Positions 48,904 through 60,450 of a stretch of 64,000 nucleotides of DNA are shown here, one piece after another. The stretch is from Monocercomonoides exilis PA203 (Eukaryota > Protista > Preaxostyla): NCBI GenBank assembly GCA_001643675.2, contig LSRY02000053.1:62001-126000 (forward strand), read 5' to 3'. Position numbers and translations under genes: made by a program. Below the pieces are notes generated by a model. The model was not told the origin of the DNA. It made no database searches and worked only from the letters and a program-made list of their open reading frames with translations. Positions within the stretch are counted from its first letter, which is position 1, and the number at the start of each line of letters is the position of its first letter.

Positions 48904-49291
48904 GTCCGTCCCTATCTCGCGGCATAGCGCGGCTCTCTCTTCTCTCTCTGTCTCGCGACAAAGCGCGGATATCTCTAAGCTTACTGGCTCGTTCCAGTAG
49001 CTGTTCCTGCTGCTGATTCTCCCTGTATCCTCGGGGGAGCTGGAGGAAGGGGGACTGTGAACGAGGGAGCTCTCCCAGCTGTTGCTGGGGCCTGTTGTGG
49101 TCGAGTTTGTGTTGACCTCCTTCTTTGTTTGAAATTTGTAAAACTCCCCTCGAAACCTTGCTTTTGGAATTGCCTGTAGGCAAAGCCTTGGGCGTTTCTG
49201 CCTGTGCTGTACCTCCCTGAGCGCCCGCCCCTGGCTGGGGCAAGGTCGAGGGTTGTGGGAGAAGCGGGGGATGCTCCGTACCCTGGAGCAT
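46940..49291 (-). CDS. 783-codon overlapping ORF in an alternative frame of RT-RH; probable N-terminal extension of the YR ORF
   Basis: Stop-free over 2.35 kb overlapping RT. One indel near 46825 would join RT to MT and this frame to YR, leaving a single TAA at 46940. Confidence 0.6.
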   Translation of the reverse strand: MLQGTEHPPLLPQPSTLPQPGAGAQGGTAQAETPKALPTGNSKSKVSRGVLQISNKEGGQHKLDHNRPQQQLGELPRSQSPFLQLPRGYRENQQQEQLLERASKLRDIRALSRDRERRESRAMPRDRDGHDAVRAQGNDSTTGGPNRSTDNHRGGTLGSLREQRRGTEPFRPKEEDRDRKLDRSRDENRERGHRGRLRISPRDRTGERSGTREGGSEESLESFWDCYRVPNWERPGGELEDSYCRYSRRERDRTDPDWSKDTRSGELRSSGTTEGATSWETGEQAERVEEDWGRQTCEPWYKSSMERSPIPNLTRGEKTQTGVSGNNRDNKQLFIPLRGGIEGWSGETHTGVGGEVVQSDIYGPEEEQKVEEDSGLQNFKRGSARETLQDGFPGDSCGTPGGERLDDYARHIECLSTCQNGRAIQSLSVLQLSESMLRLRGDAIWSKGRAQSIHEDNETSSVIYQRTLEGKAGDISGRHPPHAPRQGCIEIDLTGDSPVPEKSGLDTVGGEAEARTRKEFGVFGMELELREDGSDAPREEESAAPGGCEEMVSTCKEKEETKDEGLSSTPREVEFCEVTTPTSELVDEAHAIRTEAGNSPRGLERNCDSQSNDVRRINTLEENPAREQTKESEEKEQTSRANDGRFRAGMGCSINNTNKEQRGEDICPWELDPPGECVSDKRKGVQSSVEDFRKKRSMAATAEDRPYSSEDRQYVHKMDNTEEEWSSIAHSNTESIGEETEQPGHYDTDGTSPGRAEHGSRCTQPDGEEAGLCTELGESCRDI

Positions 49292-50228
49292 CCCCCCCAG
49301 GACGAAAAAAGCTGGTGCTATCCACTAATCTCCTAAAACTCTCTGGGATGTCCTTGGACATTCCCACGTCCAGAAAACACTTCACATTCTCCCAGCTTGA
49401 CTGAGGAATAACTTTCAGCAAGTTTATGCGGCTAATGCAGTCTGCTATTAGTGCGTACGCGCAAAAGAGCCCCCTCAGTCGCTCTTTCTCTTCTTCCTCT
49501 AGGCGCGTCCTTTTCAATACTCTTGTAGTAATGGCTGCAATCGCCTTAGCGGCTTCGAACCCCGATTCCAGGGTGGGCTGAAGCAGCTCGATAACCCGGG
49601 CGGCTTCTGGGGAATCTTTTCTTCCCTCCGCAGTGACCCCCGTCACTGCTAGGGCGTTCCAACTCATGTCAGTGTGTCTAGTGAAAAAGTTCTTCTCCGT
49701 CTCCGGGATAAAAGTGTTCAGGATGTCGTCATTTATTCTGATTGATCCGGCTTTGCGAAAGTCCATGAATCTTTTCAGTTCCCCTGCCTGTCTCCTAGGC
49801 TTCAACCATTCGTCTGGGAAAATTCCCAAGAAATCTTCGGATCTATCTTGCTCTTCTTCCCGCTTCTCTGCACTCCCGGAGTCGCTCTCGCTGCTTCCTT
49901 CTTCATCCCATCTCCTCATCAGCTCCCGTGTGCGACCGCCCATCAATCGTTTTCGCTGTTTCCTCCTCGTGATCGTATCAGAAAAATCTGATACCGACTC
50001 CGATTCGCTCGATCTCGACTGGGATCTCTTCCTTTGACGCCCTCTCTTAACCTTTTTCATTGTAAGCATTCCCATCGCTCCCGAGCGGCTCGGAACTGTT
50101 CGGCTTCTCGCAATCTCTTCAATCATATTTTCCACTCTTGAAAGTCTCTGTGCAAGATCAAATCCTCTATCCTCGCTGTCACTGTTTTCCATTCTAACAG
50201 GATCTTGTGTCATTATTACTGCGGACAA
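48981..50228 (-). CDS. DIRS gag-like ORF1
   Basis: First ORF after the 5' ITR, 415 codons, with a charged N-terminus, helical middle and RGG/Gln-rich tail. Called by position. Confidence 0.75.
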   Translation of the reverse strand: MSAVIMTQDPVRMENSDSEDRGFDLAQRLSRVENMIEEIARSRTVPSRSGAMGMLTMKKVKRGRQRKRSQSRSSESESVSDFSDTITRRKQRKRLMGGRTRELMRRWDEEGSSESDSGSAEKREEEQDRSEDFLGIFPDEWLKPRRQAGELKRFMDFRKAGSIRINDDILNTFIPETEKNFFTRHTDMSWNALAVTGVTAEGRKDSPEAARVIELLQPTLESGFEAAKAIAAITTRVLKRTRLEEEEKERLRGLFCAYALIADCISRINLLKVIPQSSWENVKCFLDVGMSKDIPESFRRLVDSTSFFRPGGDAPGYGASPASPTTLDLAPARGGRSGRYSTGRNAQGFAYRQFQKQGFEGSFTNFKQRRRSTQTRPQQAPATAGRAPSFTVPLPPAPPRIQGESAAGTATGTSQ

Positions 50229-50499
50229 TGGTGTGTAAGAAAGGTTTATTTGTTAGCGAAGTTTGATCTTAAACCACCCATAATTTAAGATCAAACTCAT
50301 TATTGAGGAGCAAACCTGCTCCTTGCGTTCGGATATTCGCTCTATTGCGAATGTTTGCAAAATTTTCATTTTGAATAATTTTTGGTGCACATTTTCTGAT
50401 GATCGAAAATATGAAACAAACCATTCTTGAAATATGAAACATATAACTATAAAGGGTTGATTTTTGCATAAGAGGAACAGATAGAGTAATATTGAAAGA

Positions 50500-53400
50500 A
50501 TGTCTTTCATTTTGTTGCTCTTTCTGGTTTTCACATTAACAATATCACAAGCAGCGGATGAGGGAAAACCTTATACAGTTTATGTGAAGCAAAGCGGAGA
50601 TAGACGTTTCAGTGGCAAAGCGATACACCAGGAAAAAAAATCAATAAATGATGCATACAATCTTCTGGGAAGATTAGAAGAGTGCAAGATCTTTGCTGTT
50701 TTCGATGAAAATGCATTAACAGCCGAAATAATTACGTTCAACAAAAGCCGAGGGTTAACAGTTGAAGGAATAAACAGCGATGGAAATGGAAACACAATTG
50801 TTGCAATTGATTGTGATGTTCATCCAGGTGAAAATCTTTTCACATGCTTGAATGATTCAACCTTCAAATATTTGGTGTTCCATTTTCCAATAACATTGGT
50901 TAATGATGATATACCAAATTATCATGACTTGTTCTTGATAGATGGCAAAGGAGATCTAACAATTACAAACTGCAAATTTAATCGTTCATTAAACGGTGCA
51001 AATACCTTTAGGACAAGTCTAGTAAATTTTAAAGGGAAAGATTTGATAATGGAAAATGTTGAGTGTGTTGATGACTTTAACACTGTTTCATTTGGTGAAA
51101 AACCTTTTCAGTTAACTCCGAGAGCAACAGTAACATTGACGAATGTTTCACTAAACAAGATTTCATCAAAAAATGGTATTATTTGCATATATCATCATGA
51201 AGGAATTTACAAATATTGTGTGACTCTAAGTGGATGTTCTTTCATTGAATGTCACTCCGAAGGTTAATATGTTTTATACATTTATAGCACTGAAAAGGAC
51301 GGAGAATTTGTTATTGGAAATGAGCAAGTGACATCATTTTTTTCATGCAGAAGCAAAAGCATAGATTCAAATCAATTATCCAGCATTGTGGATTTATATA
51401 TGCCAAGTATTTCATTAGCATCATAACTTAAATGGCCTGCCGATGGATTAAATCTCGTTTTTCATAATTGCTCAACTGAGTTTAACGGTTTTAATAGAAA
51501 TACAGGACTGCGCCTTCGTATAAAAAATGATTCTCTATTCGAAGATATGGCAAAGGCAATGAAAGACAGTTTTGCTGCTAATTACATACGAAAGGATAAC
51601 AGATGGTGTGTTGTTGGACAAAATTTACGCGACACACAAAAACATGATTTCACAAGCATGTATTTTGATCCTCCTCCTCCAAAACCAGAAAGCATGACAA
51701 GGGCATTTGTCAAAATAGATGGAATTGGTTATGGAATCAATGTTGAATCAGCAACTGGAAGCATTTGCGATGCATATGATTACTTGGAAAAAAGTGAAGC
51801 ATGTTATATGGATATTATTTAAACAGCTGATCCAATCATTGCTGAAGCAATTGAATTCAAAATAAGCAACGGGATTGCTATTCGAGGGAAGAACAGCGAT
51901 GGAAAGGAAAATGCAATCGCAACAATTGATTGCGATGTTAATGCAGGAAGATATCTGCTCAAATGTTGTGAAAAGGTTGAATTTAACGATTTGTCCTTCC
52001 TCTTCCCTGTTTCATTACAAAAATGTGAAATGAATGAGGAAAGTTTATGTTCGCTGATATATGGTGACTGTTCAGAACTTAAAATTAGAAACTGCCAGTT
52101 TATTAGACCAATAACAAATAAGGAAAATGTGAATTGTGAAATTGTTGAAATACACAAGGGAAGTTTAATTATGGAGTCTGTCAAGTGTGTTGATGATAAG
52201 TTCACTGTTAGATTCTCAAAGACTCCTTTTGATATATCATCTTCTGTAACACATTTATTCACAAATGTTTCATTAAAGAAGATTGCATCAAAAGGACAAG
52301 GAGTTGTTCTTATCAACGAAGTTAATGAAAACAGAGTGGATGTCATCCTGAACGGAAGTTCCTTATCAGAATGTCAAACTGAAAGGCGGGCAACATTGAA
52401 CGTTTTTAGCAACAACAATGAAAGCACATTCACTTTTGGAGATGGAGGCGTGACATCTTTAACATCTTGCAGTTGCATTGGTGGCCAATCCGGTGGTATT
52501 TATTTATATATGCCACATATAACATCTGCATCTCAACTTAAGTGGCCTGGCGATGGAAGAAATCTTGTGTTTTTGAATTGCTCAGCCGAGAAAAATGGCT
52601 CAAAAAGATATACTGGATTGTATATTACGTTGAAAGATGATTCTTTATTCAAAGGAATTGCAGAAGCAATGATGGATAGTTTCGCAGCCAATTTCACTCA
52701 AGGAAACAGTTTGTGGTTTATAGTGGGACAAAAGGATAAGAGTAATATTGAATATGATTTCACAAGTGCATATTTTGATCCTCCTCCTCCTGGACCAGAA
52801 TATATGACAAGGGCATATGTTAAAAATGGGGGGAAAGGAAATGGAATCGACGCAAATTCGGCAAATAAAGAGTTTAAAATTCGCATATGATTATTTGGAA
52901 AAGAGTGAGATTTGCTTCATTGATATTATCAAAACATCTGACCCAATAAAAGCAGAAGAAATAAGTTTCAACATAGATAGTGGAATAACAATTGAAGGAG
53001 TGAATGATAATGGAGTAAGAAAAACAGAAATTTCTATTGATTGTGATGTTTCTGTTTCATCAATTCTCTTTTCTTGCCAGAGAATTGTGGAATTCAAGTG
53101 TTTGGCATTCCAATTCTCTTCAACAGAAAAGAATTGGGACTCATTAATCAGCGCTGGAAATGATTCAATATCATTGAAAATGTCGACATGTCGATTTGTC
53201 AGAATTGGATCACAATCACAAGAAGGAATGAATTCAAATGCTGATGGAAGCAGTCCCTTGGCAAGCAGTCTTGTGAGTGTGACATCTGGAACAGTGGAAA
53301 TGGACACAGTAAAATGCACAGATGAGACCTCATTTGTGACATTCTCTTCATCACCATTTTCTTTTTCTGGAGCCAGCGAGGTGTCATTGAGTGGAATGGA

Positions 53401-54079
53401 CATCAGCAAAGTGAATGTGGAAAGTGGAGCAGCAATCAGCATCAGAGATAAGAGCGATTCATCTTCGAAGGTGTCAATCGAAGGATTGAATGTTCAAGAT
53501 GTGAAATCGGAGAAAGGAGCAGCAGCAGGGTCGGATATCATTCTCAGCTCAAAAGAATCAAGAGTGGCCATTGGAAGGTCAAGCAAATGTTCATTCAAGT
53601 CATGTTCAGCACAAGAAGGGAAATCAGGAACAATATTCATTGACATTCCCAAGGCAACATCGAATCTGCAACTCCCTTCAAAACACAATCTGGAGATCGA
53701 CAGCTCAAACACAGCTGGCTCAAAAACAACTTCTCTGTTCATCATAGCCCCAGACTTCGAAGAGTTCTGCAAACAAGAAGATGCGTTTGAGTTTGTGAAT
53801 GATTATGATAATTCCACAGCTGGTTGGATAGAGGGAGCAAAAGATGCGGAAACAGAGCCTGAGGATATGCTTGAGAAGAATGTGAAAGTGAGACAAGAGA
53901 AACTGAAAAATCAAAATAAAAAGAAGAAGGCTGGAAACGTTGTATCCATTATTGTGCCGATTGTCGTTGTGGCAGTTGTGGTGGCAGTTGTGGTTATTGT
54001 AATTATCATTGTGACTATGAAGAAAAGAAGATCAAGAAAAGAAGATAACGCTAAAAATGAGCATGAAATGAAGGATTAA
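50500..54079 (+). pseudogene. Type-I membrane surface protein with three ~370-aa tandem repeats; 2 in-frame TAA codons and 1 frameshift
   Basis: Signal peptide MSFILLLFLVFTLTISQA. Repeats start at YVKQSG (~50580), FVKIDG (~51706) and YVKNGG (~52816), each with IDCDV and separated by YFDPPPP. C-terminal Val/Ile TM followed by KKRR. TAA at 51265 and 51820; frameshift ~52870. Confidence 0.85.
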
Positions 54080-56019
54080 TAGTGCAAGTTCATTCTTTTT
54101 TTTATTATGTTTCTTCTTTATCTTCCGTGTGAATTCATCTATTTTTTATTTTATTATTGTTATCGTATTTAAAATTTTTCATTCGGCTTTTCTTTTCCTT
54201 TCTTTTCTTTTTTCTTTTTCTTTTCTATTTTTTTTTAACATAAACAAGTTCAAAAACAAGCATATCACTTTTCAAACTTTTTCAAAACAATTTTCAATTT
54301 TGTTAGAAGACAACTCAGAAATCAGTTTTTAACCCTCTTAATGATACAAAATTATTTAGCCTTTGATTTTAATTCTTTCGTTATCTTGGTGTTCCTAGTG
54401 TGTTTCAAAATAAAAATGAAATAAAAATGAAGATATTGGAAAGTATGTTTATATTTCGTTCCAAATTTATTCTTTTTTCATTAAATCCACAAAGTGCACC
54501 AAAAATTTTCGGAAAAATGATGTTTCAGTGACAAAAGAATTGAGTTCAAAAAGAGTAAATGGGGGAAAATACGGACTTTCAAGCTTTTTATGCATAAAGC
54601 ATGAAAAAATAGTTTCGCTTCTGACTTTGTTTCGCTTTCTCAGATTTCAAAATAAATTTGATTTTCATATCCGTAAACAGGCATCGCTGAAATAATAATA
54701 TTAAGTGTTGTGACATTTCACTAATGTCAATAAATGTTCCCATTTTTATTGTGTTTTTTGATATAAAAAAGTTAATGAAAAGTGCATAATTTTTCAATGA
54801 AAATGCTTGAAGTGATAAAATTTTCCCCATATCTGCTAATGCTGATATTCTTTTTATTTGTATTTATTTAGAGATTTTGAAAAAAATAACCAAAGCAGAA
54901 AAATGTTCACTTTTTTGTTTGCTCATTTGTTGAAGGAGGGAGCAAGAATGTGGAAAGGAAGGGACAAGGCATGATAAAGGGAAGAAAAAGAAAAAGAAAT
55001 AAGAGTGAAGGAAATGAACAGGCGAAAAGAGAAAGAAAGATTGTGTTTGAAAGTGCGGCCGATGTGTGAATACAATGCAACAGGGCGAAAATGTGATGCT
55101 TATTTGATGATTTGTAATTTTTAATTAGAGTTAATAAACTTTATTTGATATTGTCTTCAATCACTTTGATTTTTGTTATTTTGTCTTGTTATTTTTTATT
55201 GATTTGTTTAATTGTTTATTAGAATTATTAGGAAAGCAGCAGAAATTTGGAGAGGTTCTGGAGGGTGGAGATAATTGAGCGCTGAATGAATCTGGGAAAG
55301 AAGAGGATTTGTGGAGTAGAAGCAAAGAAAATAGGAAGACTGCAGGAAAAGAAGGTGAAAATTCTGGATAGAGAGAACAGAGAAATGATGTGAAAACCCT
55401 GATGAACTGATTGTCCAATGGATTGTTTTCAATAATGGAGAAGAATTTTGTGAAGAAGAAATTTGTTTGAGCTGAACATTCTTATCCTCAGGAATTGCAG
55501 TCAAAAGCCGCAACAGACAGATAAGACTCAGAAAAGAAAGCTTTTGCCAACTGTTTAATATTTATCAAAAGTGAAAAAGCTATGAGGATGCGAGGTGTCG
55601 GATGCAATTCTTGTTTGGAATGTGGAGAAATAAGAAGAGGAAAAAGAATTCTGAAATATTAAAGATGAGAAATATTTTTGTTTCAATGCAGAATATTTGG
55701 AAGCAAATTTCTTTTTCATATATAATCTTGCTTTGTCACTAAATGAAGTGACTTTCCCTGCAATGCATGCAAAAGGAATTGTTTGTCTTCATTCATTGTT
55801 AATATTTTTGAATTTTATATTTTTAAAGTATTCATTGAGATTATCACATGATCCTTTGCGACTTGTGACATTTTTTGAAACAAATTGCGAAAATGACTGA
55901 CTTAATGAAACTCTTTTGTCACTCAAATTTCATCCAATGAACAAGCTAAAAAATTTTTTTTAAAAAAAATTTAAAATTATGCAAAATGTTTGTTATGATG
56001 TGATTGGATCTCCATTTTT

Positions 56020-59000
56020 GGCATAGGTCTGAATCGTACCATTTTGTTGAAGGCATTTAAAAATGAAAAATTCACAAATTATTAATTGTTATAATTATTT
56101 GAAACTCAAATCTATCGGAAATAAGCAAATAAACAATGTTGAAAAACTCAATAATAATTTAATGATCACTGTCCCATAACATTTTCTTTTGAAAAGCAAG
56201 ATATTTATTATTCAATTTTCAGACTTTGTGGAGTTTCAAACGATTTTTCAATGCTATATTTGAAGAAAAGGTTTAATTTTTATTGTTGTAGTTAGAAAGT
56301 TTAATCATATATATTCTTTTATCTATCATTATTCTTTCCAAATAAGAAAATACTCGATATATCCGCTTTTACGTAAAAATGTATTTGTAAAACAGTGGAA
56401 ATGCAAAACACAAGTTGATGAATGCATGTCTAATGGTATGTTTATTAATGTTTATTGATATTAAAGATTATTAAAAAATCAATTAATTTTTTTGTTGTTT
56501 CAACATAGAAACATTTATTTTGCATTTGGCTCCTGAAAAAAGTTTCGATTATAAATGAAACCTGCAATTCTTTGTTTATGAATGCAATGGAAATGTTGGA
56601 AAATGCGAATCGCTGTTTCGGAAAGGAGGAAATGAAAGAAGGATTAGAATGTGTGTTGAAAAGATAGTATTTTCGATAAGGATTTGAAAAACATGAATGA
56701 GAGGAATGCATAGGAGGAAAATATCGAAATTTTGATGAATCAAATAAAACAGTGGAAACAACGGAGAAGAAGAAGAAATGCGTAGTTGGAAGACTTTTTT
56801 CAGAGGTATTTAGGTTAGATGAATAGAATAAAAGCAAATGGACTGAGATTTGAATGTGCAGCGAAGCTGAGACTGAAGGAAGGAATGGAAAGGTGCGGAG
56901 TGTTAGAAAAAGTTGGTCAAGAATTCTTGAGCTTGGTTATTGAGCTTGGTATAAATGGAAAGTAGTGCGAAGAGGATGACGAAGAAGAATTGCGGATTGC
57001 AGATGTTGCGATGGGAAAATGAAATGGGGTGAGGAATGTTTGTAGGTGTGATGATTCCACACTGGCAAGGTTGTTGGCAATGTTGAAGGAGGTGACAGAT
57101 ACTATGTGTTTTGGAGTAGAAAGGATGAGAAAAGCAGACAGAAGAAATGAGAGAGGATGATGAGTGGCAGATTGTTGGGGGGCGAGGATGAAGCGGAGAA
57201 AATGATGCTGGATGGGCACATGGCTGATGGAGCAGATGTGTCTGTTGAGTGAGGTTGAGGGGCAGTTGGCATTTTGAAAGGAGAGGAAAGAAGAGGGAGA
57301 TGGAGAACACATGGAGTGTGTGGAGCTTGTTGAAACAAGAGAAGGAAGATGAAGGAAAGGGGAGAAGTTAAATGATGCAATGTATGGAAGAATGAGGTTA
57401 TCTCCGAAAATTCACAAAAGATTACCTTGTGGTTTTACAGAGAGATTTAAACTTTGCATTCTTTGTTATTTTTTCTCGCATTGTTGATTCTTTTTTCATT
57501 TCATCCTTTTTTTCGTTCATTGCTGTTTATGGTTAATTGTTGTTCGTGCAAAATTTTTTTTCCTGTTTTTGACAAAGGATTCAAAACAAGCTCGATTATA
57601 ACTATGTATAAATGTTTTATTTTGGCTTTGCAAAGCTGCTGACGTTTGCTAACGCATTAATAAAAGAAATGAGTGTGAATTGGCAAAAACTTGCACAAAT
57701 AAAAAACAATATGTTCAATTATTCATCATTTCAAAAGTAGTTAAAAATAAAAGACAAAATTACAGCAATGAATAAACAGCGCATTCAAATAATTTGTGAA
57801 AAATAACAAAGCTGGTTCAAATTGTTGCTTCTGACTGGATCAGGAATAATATTCCACTCTATCCACAGTGTGTGATTCGGTATTTGTGGTGCAGCACTCG
57901 AATCTATTTTTTTTTTACTCAACAGCTATTATTAGTAACTGTGGTGAAGTGTGTGCAAATAACAATTCCAAGATAGGATTCTCCTTCAGACCTGGGATTA
58001 TCTCTTATTTTAGCAAGCTAAAATATTTCTATATCAGCAGGCATCACAAACACACTCTGCAATGGGCTTCTTGCCGCGTTGTGGTCGATCCCCACATGCC
58101 CCACCTCCAGTTGACCAGAAGATACGCAAAACAGAGTAGTTGCAGGCGAAGAAAGCGCACTCGTCCCAATCACACTCACTGTCTTCCCTTTCCCAACAAC
58201 TGAAATCATCTTTTCCTCAACATTGATCGTCTCCCCTTCGCTCACATGCCTCCCACCCAGCACTGTGATTGTCGAGCTCAGCTGCGCCATGCTCGACCCC
58301 ACAGCATGCCCCACTGTCTTGCACGGTGCTGCCTCACTCATCCCACACAGATTGCTCGCATCATCCCCACCCACACCAACATACCGATTCTTCATCCCTT
58401 CCTTCAACCACTCCTTCTTTTCTGTATGCTGATAACCATTATAATAATAGCACACTCTCTTATCATTTGTATTTGATGTGTACGATTCATGAAAAGGGTT
58501 ATTCGATGAGAAGAGATTGCTTCCATCTGAAAAATACACATCATGACCATATGGAGGAGAAGTTGTTGTGCATCTGCAATCATGGAAGAAGAAGAAATAG
58601 CAATAAATATTGTTGCTTGGGGATGTTGATTGACTTGGAACAAAATACAATCCTCTGCCACATGATACAGCTGAGCACGAAATGAACAGGATGCCACACA
58701 TTTTGAATGCAGCCGGAACATTGAAACAAAACATCCCCCCTTCGCTGGTGCTCGAAAGTGTACATGAAGTGAATGAGCACTCAAACACACAAGCACTCTC
58801 TCTTCTTTCCCACTTTCCGTTCCAACGCATCCAGATCCAGAAACATTAAAATTATCGAGATAAAGCCCTCCTCCTATTCTATCCGCATTGCATTTCTGAA
58901 ATTCGCAACCGCTGATCCTGACACACGAAGTGATATAATAAGCATACATCCCTCCTCCAGCACTATTTTTTGCTTTACATGCATTGAACGAGTTGTTCTC

Positions 59001-59609
59001 TATTTTGATAGAATTGATAGAAGCACACAAAATTCCACCACCACAACAATATGCAGTGCAGTCTTTGAACGAACAAAATTTCACTGAAAGCGTTCCAGAT
59101 CCCAGATTATTCATGTTAATCGCCCCTCCATTTGAAGCTCCTCTGAATAAGAAGTTCCTGACCCAGTAGTTTTTGAGCCATTCCGCTCACACCAGGTGAA
59201 CGAATTCGTCCAGTGAACGAAATGATCTTCCTTCCTCACATGCATTTATATGTTTTATTGAAATCTTTGATCAACTTCAAAAGATGTGTTCATTTGCAAA
59301 GACCTTAAAATTTAAAATCCAAAATTCATATAATTACAAAAATAAATAGCAATTATTTACAAACATGAATACTTGAAACATGCAATGAAGCAAAAGAATC
59401 CCATATGAAATATGAAAAGTATTTAATAGCGGGATAGATCATGAAACTTTTTGATTATGGGACGTTGATCATTTTTTTGATGTTTTTCATCATTGTTCAT
59501 TTGCTTATTTCCGATCGATTTGAGTTTCAATTAATTAAAACAATTAATAATTTGTGAATTTAGGATATTTTAATGCCCTCAACAAAATTGTGCAATTCAG
59601 ACCTATGCC
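56020..59609 (-). mobile_element. Second, inverted copy of the long-TIR cargo element (3590 bp)
   Basis: GGCATAGGTCTGAAT at 56020 and ATTCAGACCTATGCC ending 59609. 56020-57362 is the reverse complement of 35465-36807 (1343 bp). Flanks CCATTTTT and TAATTTGG do not match. Confidence 0.88.
58018..59130 (-). pseudogene. Cys-rich GGG-repeat surface-protein fragment, paralog of 33800-34943
   Basis: ORFs 58404-59114 and 58018-58830: F..C.A...GGG, CVFECSFTSC, YGHDVYF, NPFHESYTSNT, LCG..APCKT. Confidence 0.75.
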
Positions 59610-60450
59610 TAATTTGGACTGCAAGTTGCGAATTATCAAAGGAAGTGTAGCATGCTTTAACAAATTTATAAAACATTGGCTTTGCACCTGGATTCAACGG
59701 AACCACAGTTACCGCAGTGTTCTTTTTGCTAGCAATCACTCCACCGTCAATCATTATACCGACTGAAGAATTGAAAATTGCAGCATCCCTTTCTTTAATT
59801 GCACCATCCACTTCCTCATGAATTATTGAAGATAGTTTTCTATAATTCAATGTGGGAAATATGGTTTCGGGAGAAAATGATGGATTTTGTTGAGAAATCT
59901 GTATAAGAGAAGAAATGAAACTATTAAACTCAGATGAATAAGCGGACAAAAATGCAATGTTACAATGTCCAATTAACCTCAAAAATTGTTTTTTCAATAA
60001 ATCGTTTTGAAAATGAAATGGAACTTTTTTTTCATTTGAGTAATAAGTTGCTTGATTGAGATTTTTATTCTGCTTGATAAATTTAACAATTGATGAATTT
60101 GTCAAAAGGGGACATTGATGATTAATTATTCCATCACATCCTTTTCTTCCGGAAACTCCACAATTAACTCCTTCTTTGCTGTTTGGACACAAATAATAAA
60201 TATGTCCATCTTTTTTCAATGTACCATCATTTTTCACAGGCGTATAAGCTATCCAAGCTGAATATTTTTGAATTTCAAAGAGAACTTTTACTATGTGGGT
60301 AATTCTTTTTGAAAAGTCGCTATGGATCAAAAATTAATCCCATGAAAGTTAATAAAAAAACACTCCGTTACCATAATACAAATGAAAATATAAAACTCAC
60401 ACAGTGATGTTAGTAGGCTCATAACAAACTTCTTTATGAGAAGATATATA
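59610..60450 (-). pseudogene. hAT-like transposase 5' half, truncated by the long-TIR element
   Basis: BED-finger-like W..YLC.x8.C..HQC, then LIGHCNIAF..EFNSFI..PTL.YRKL and VGIMIDGG (first catalytic Asp). GT-AG intron 60400-60320 keeps the frame. Confidence 0.7.

Larger units (their letters stand above)
44319..50352 (-). mobile_element. Full-length DIRS1-like tyrosine-recombinase retrotransposon (6034 bp)
   Basis: ITRs at ~44333-44400 and ~50255-50322. ICR 44982-45080 is complementary to both termini. gag-like, RT-RNaseH-MT and YR ORFs present. No TSD. Confidence 0.95.

Noticed and set aside
56012-56019. TSD for the second long-TIR copy
   Set aside because: CCATTTTT vs TAATTTGG (59610-59617) do not match.
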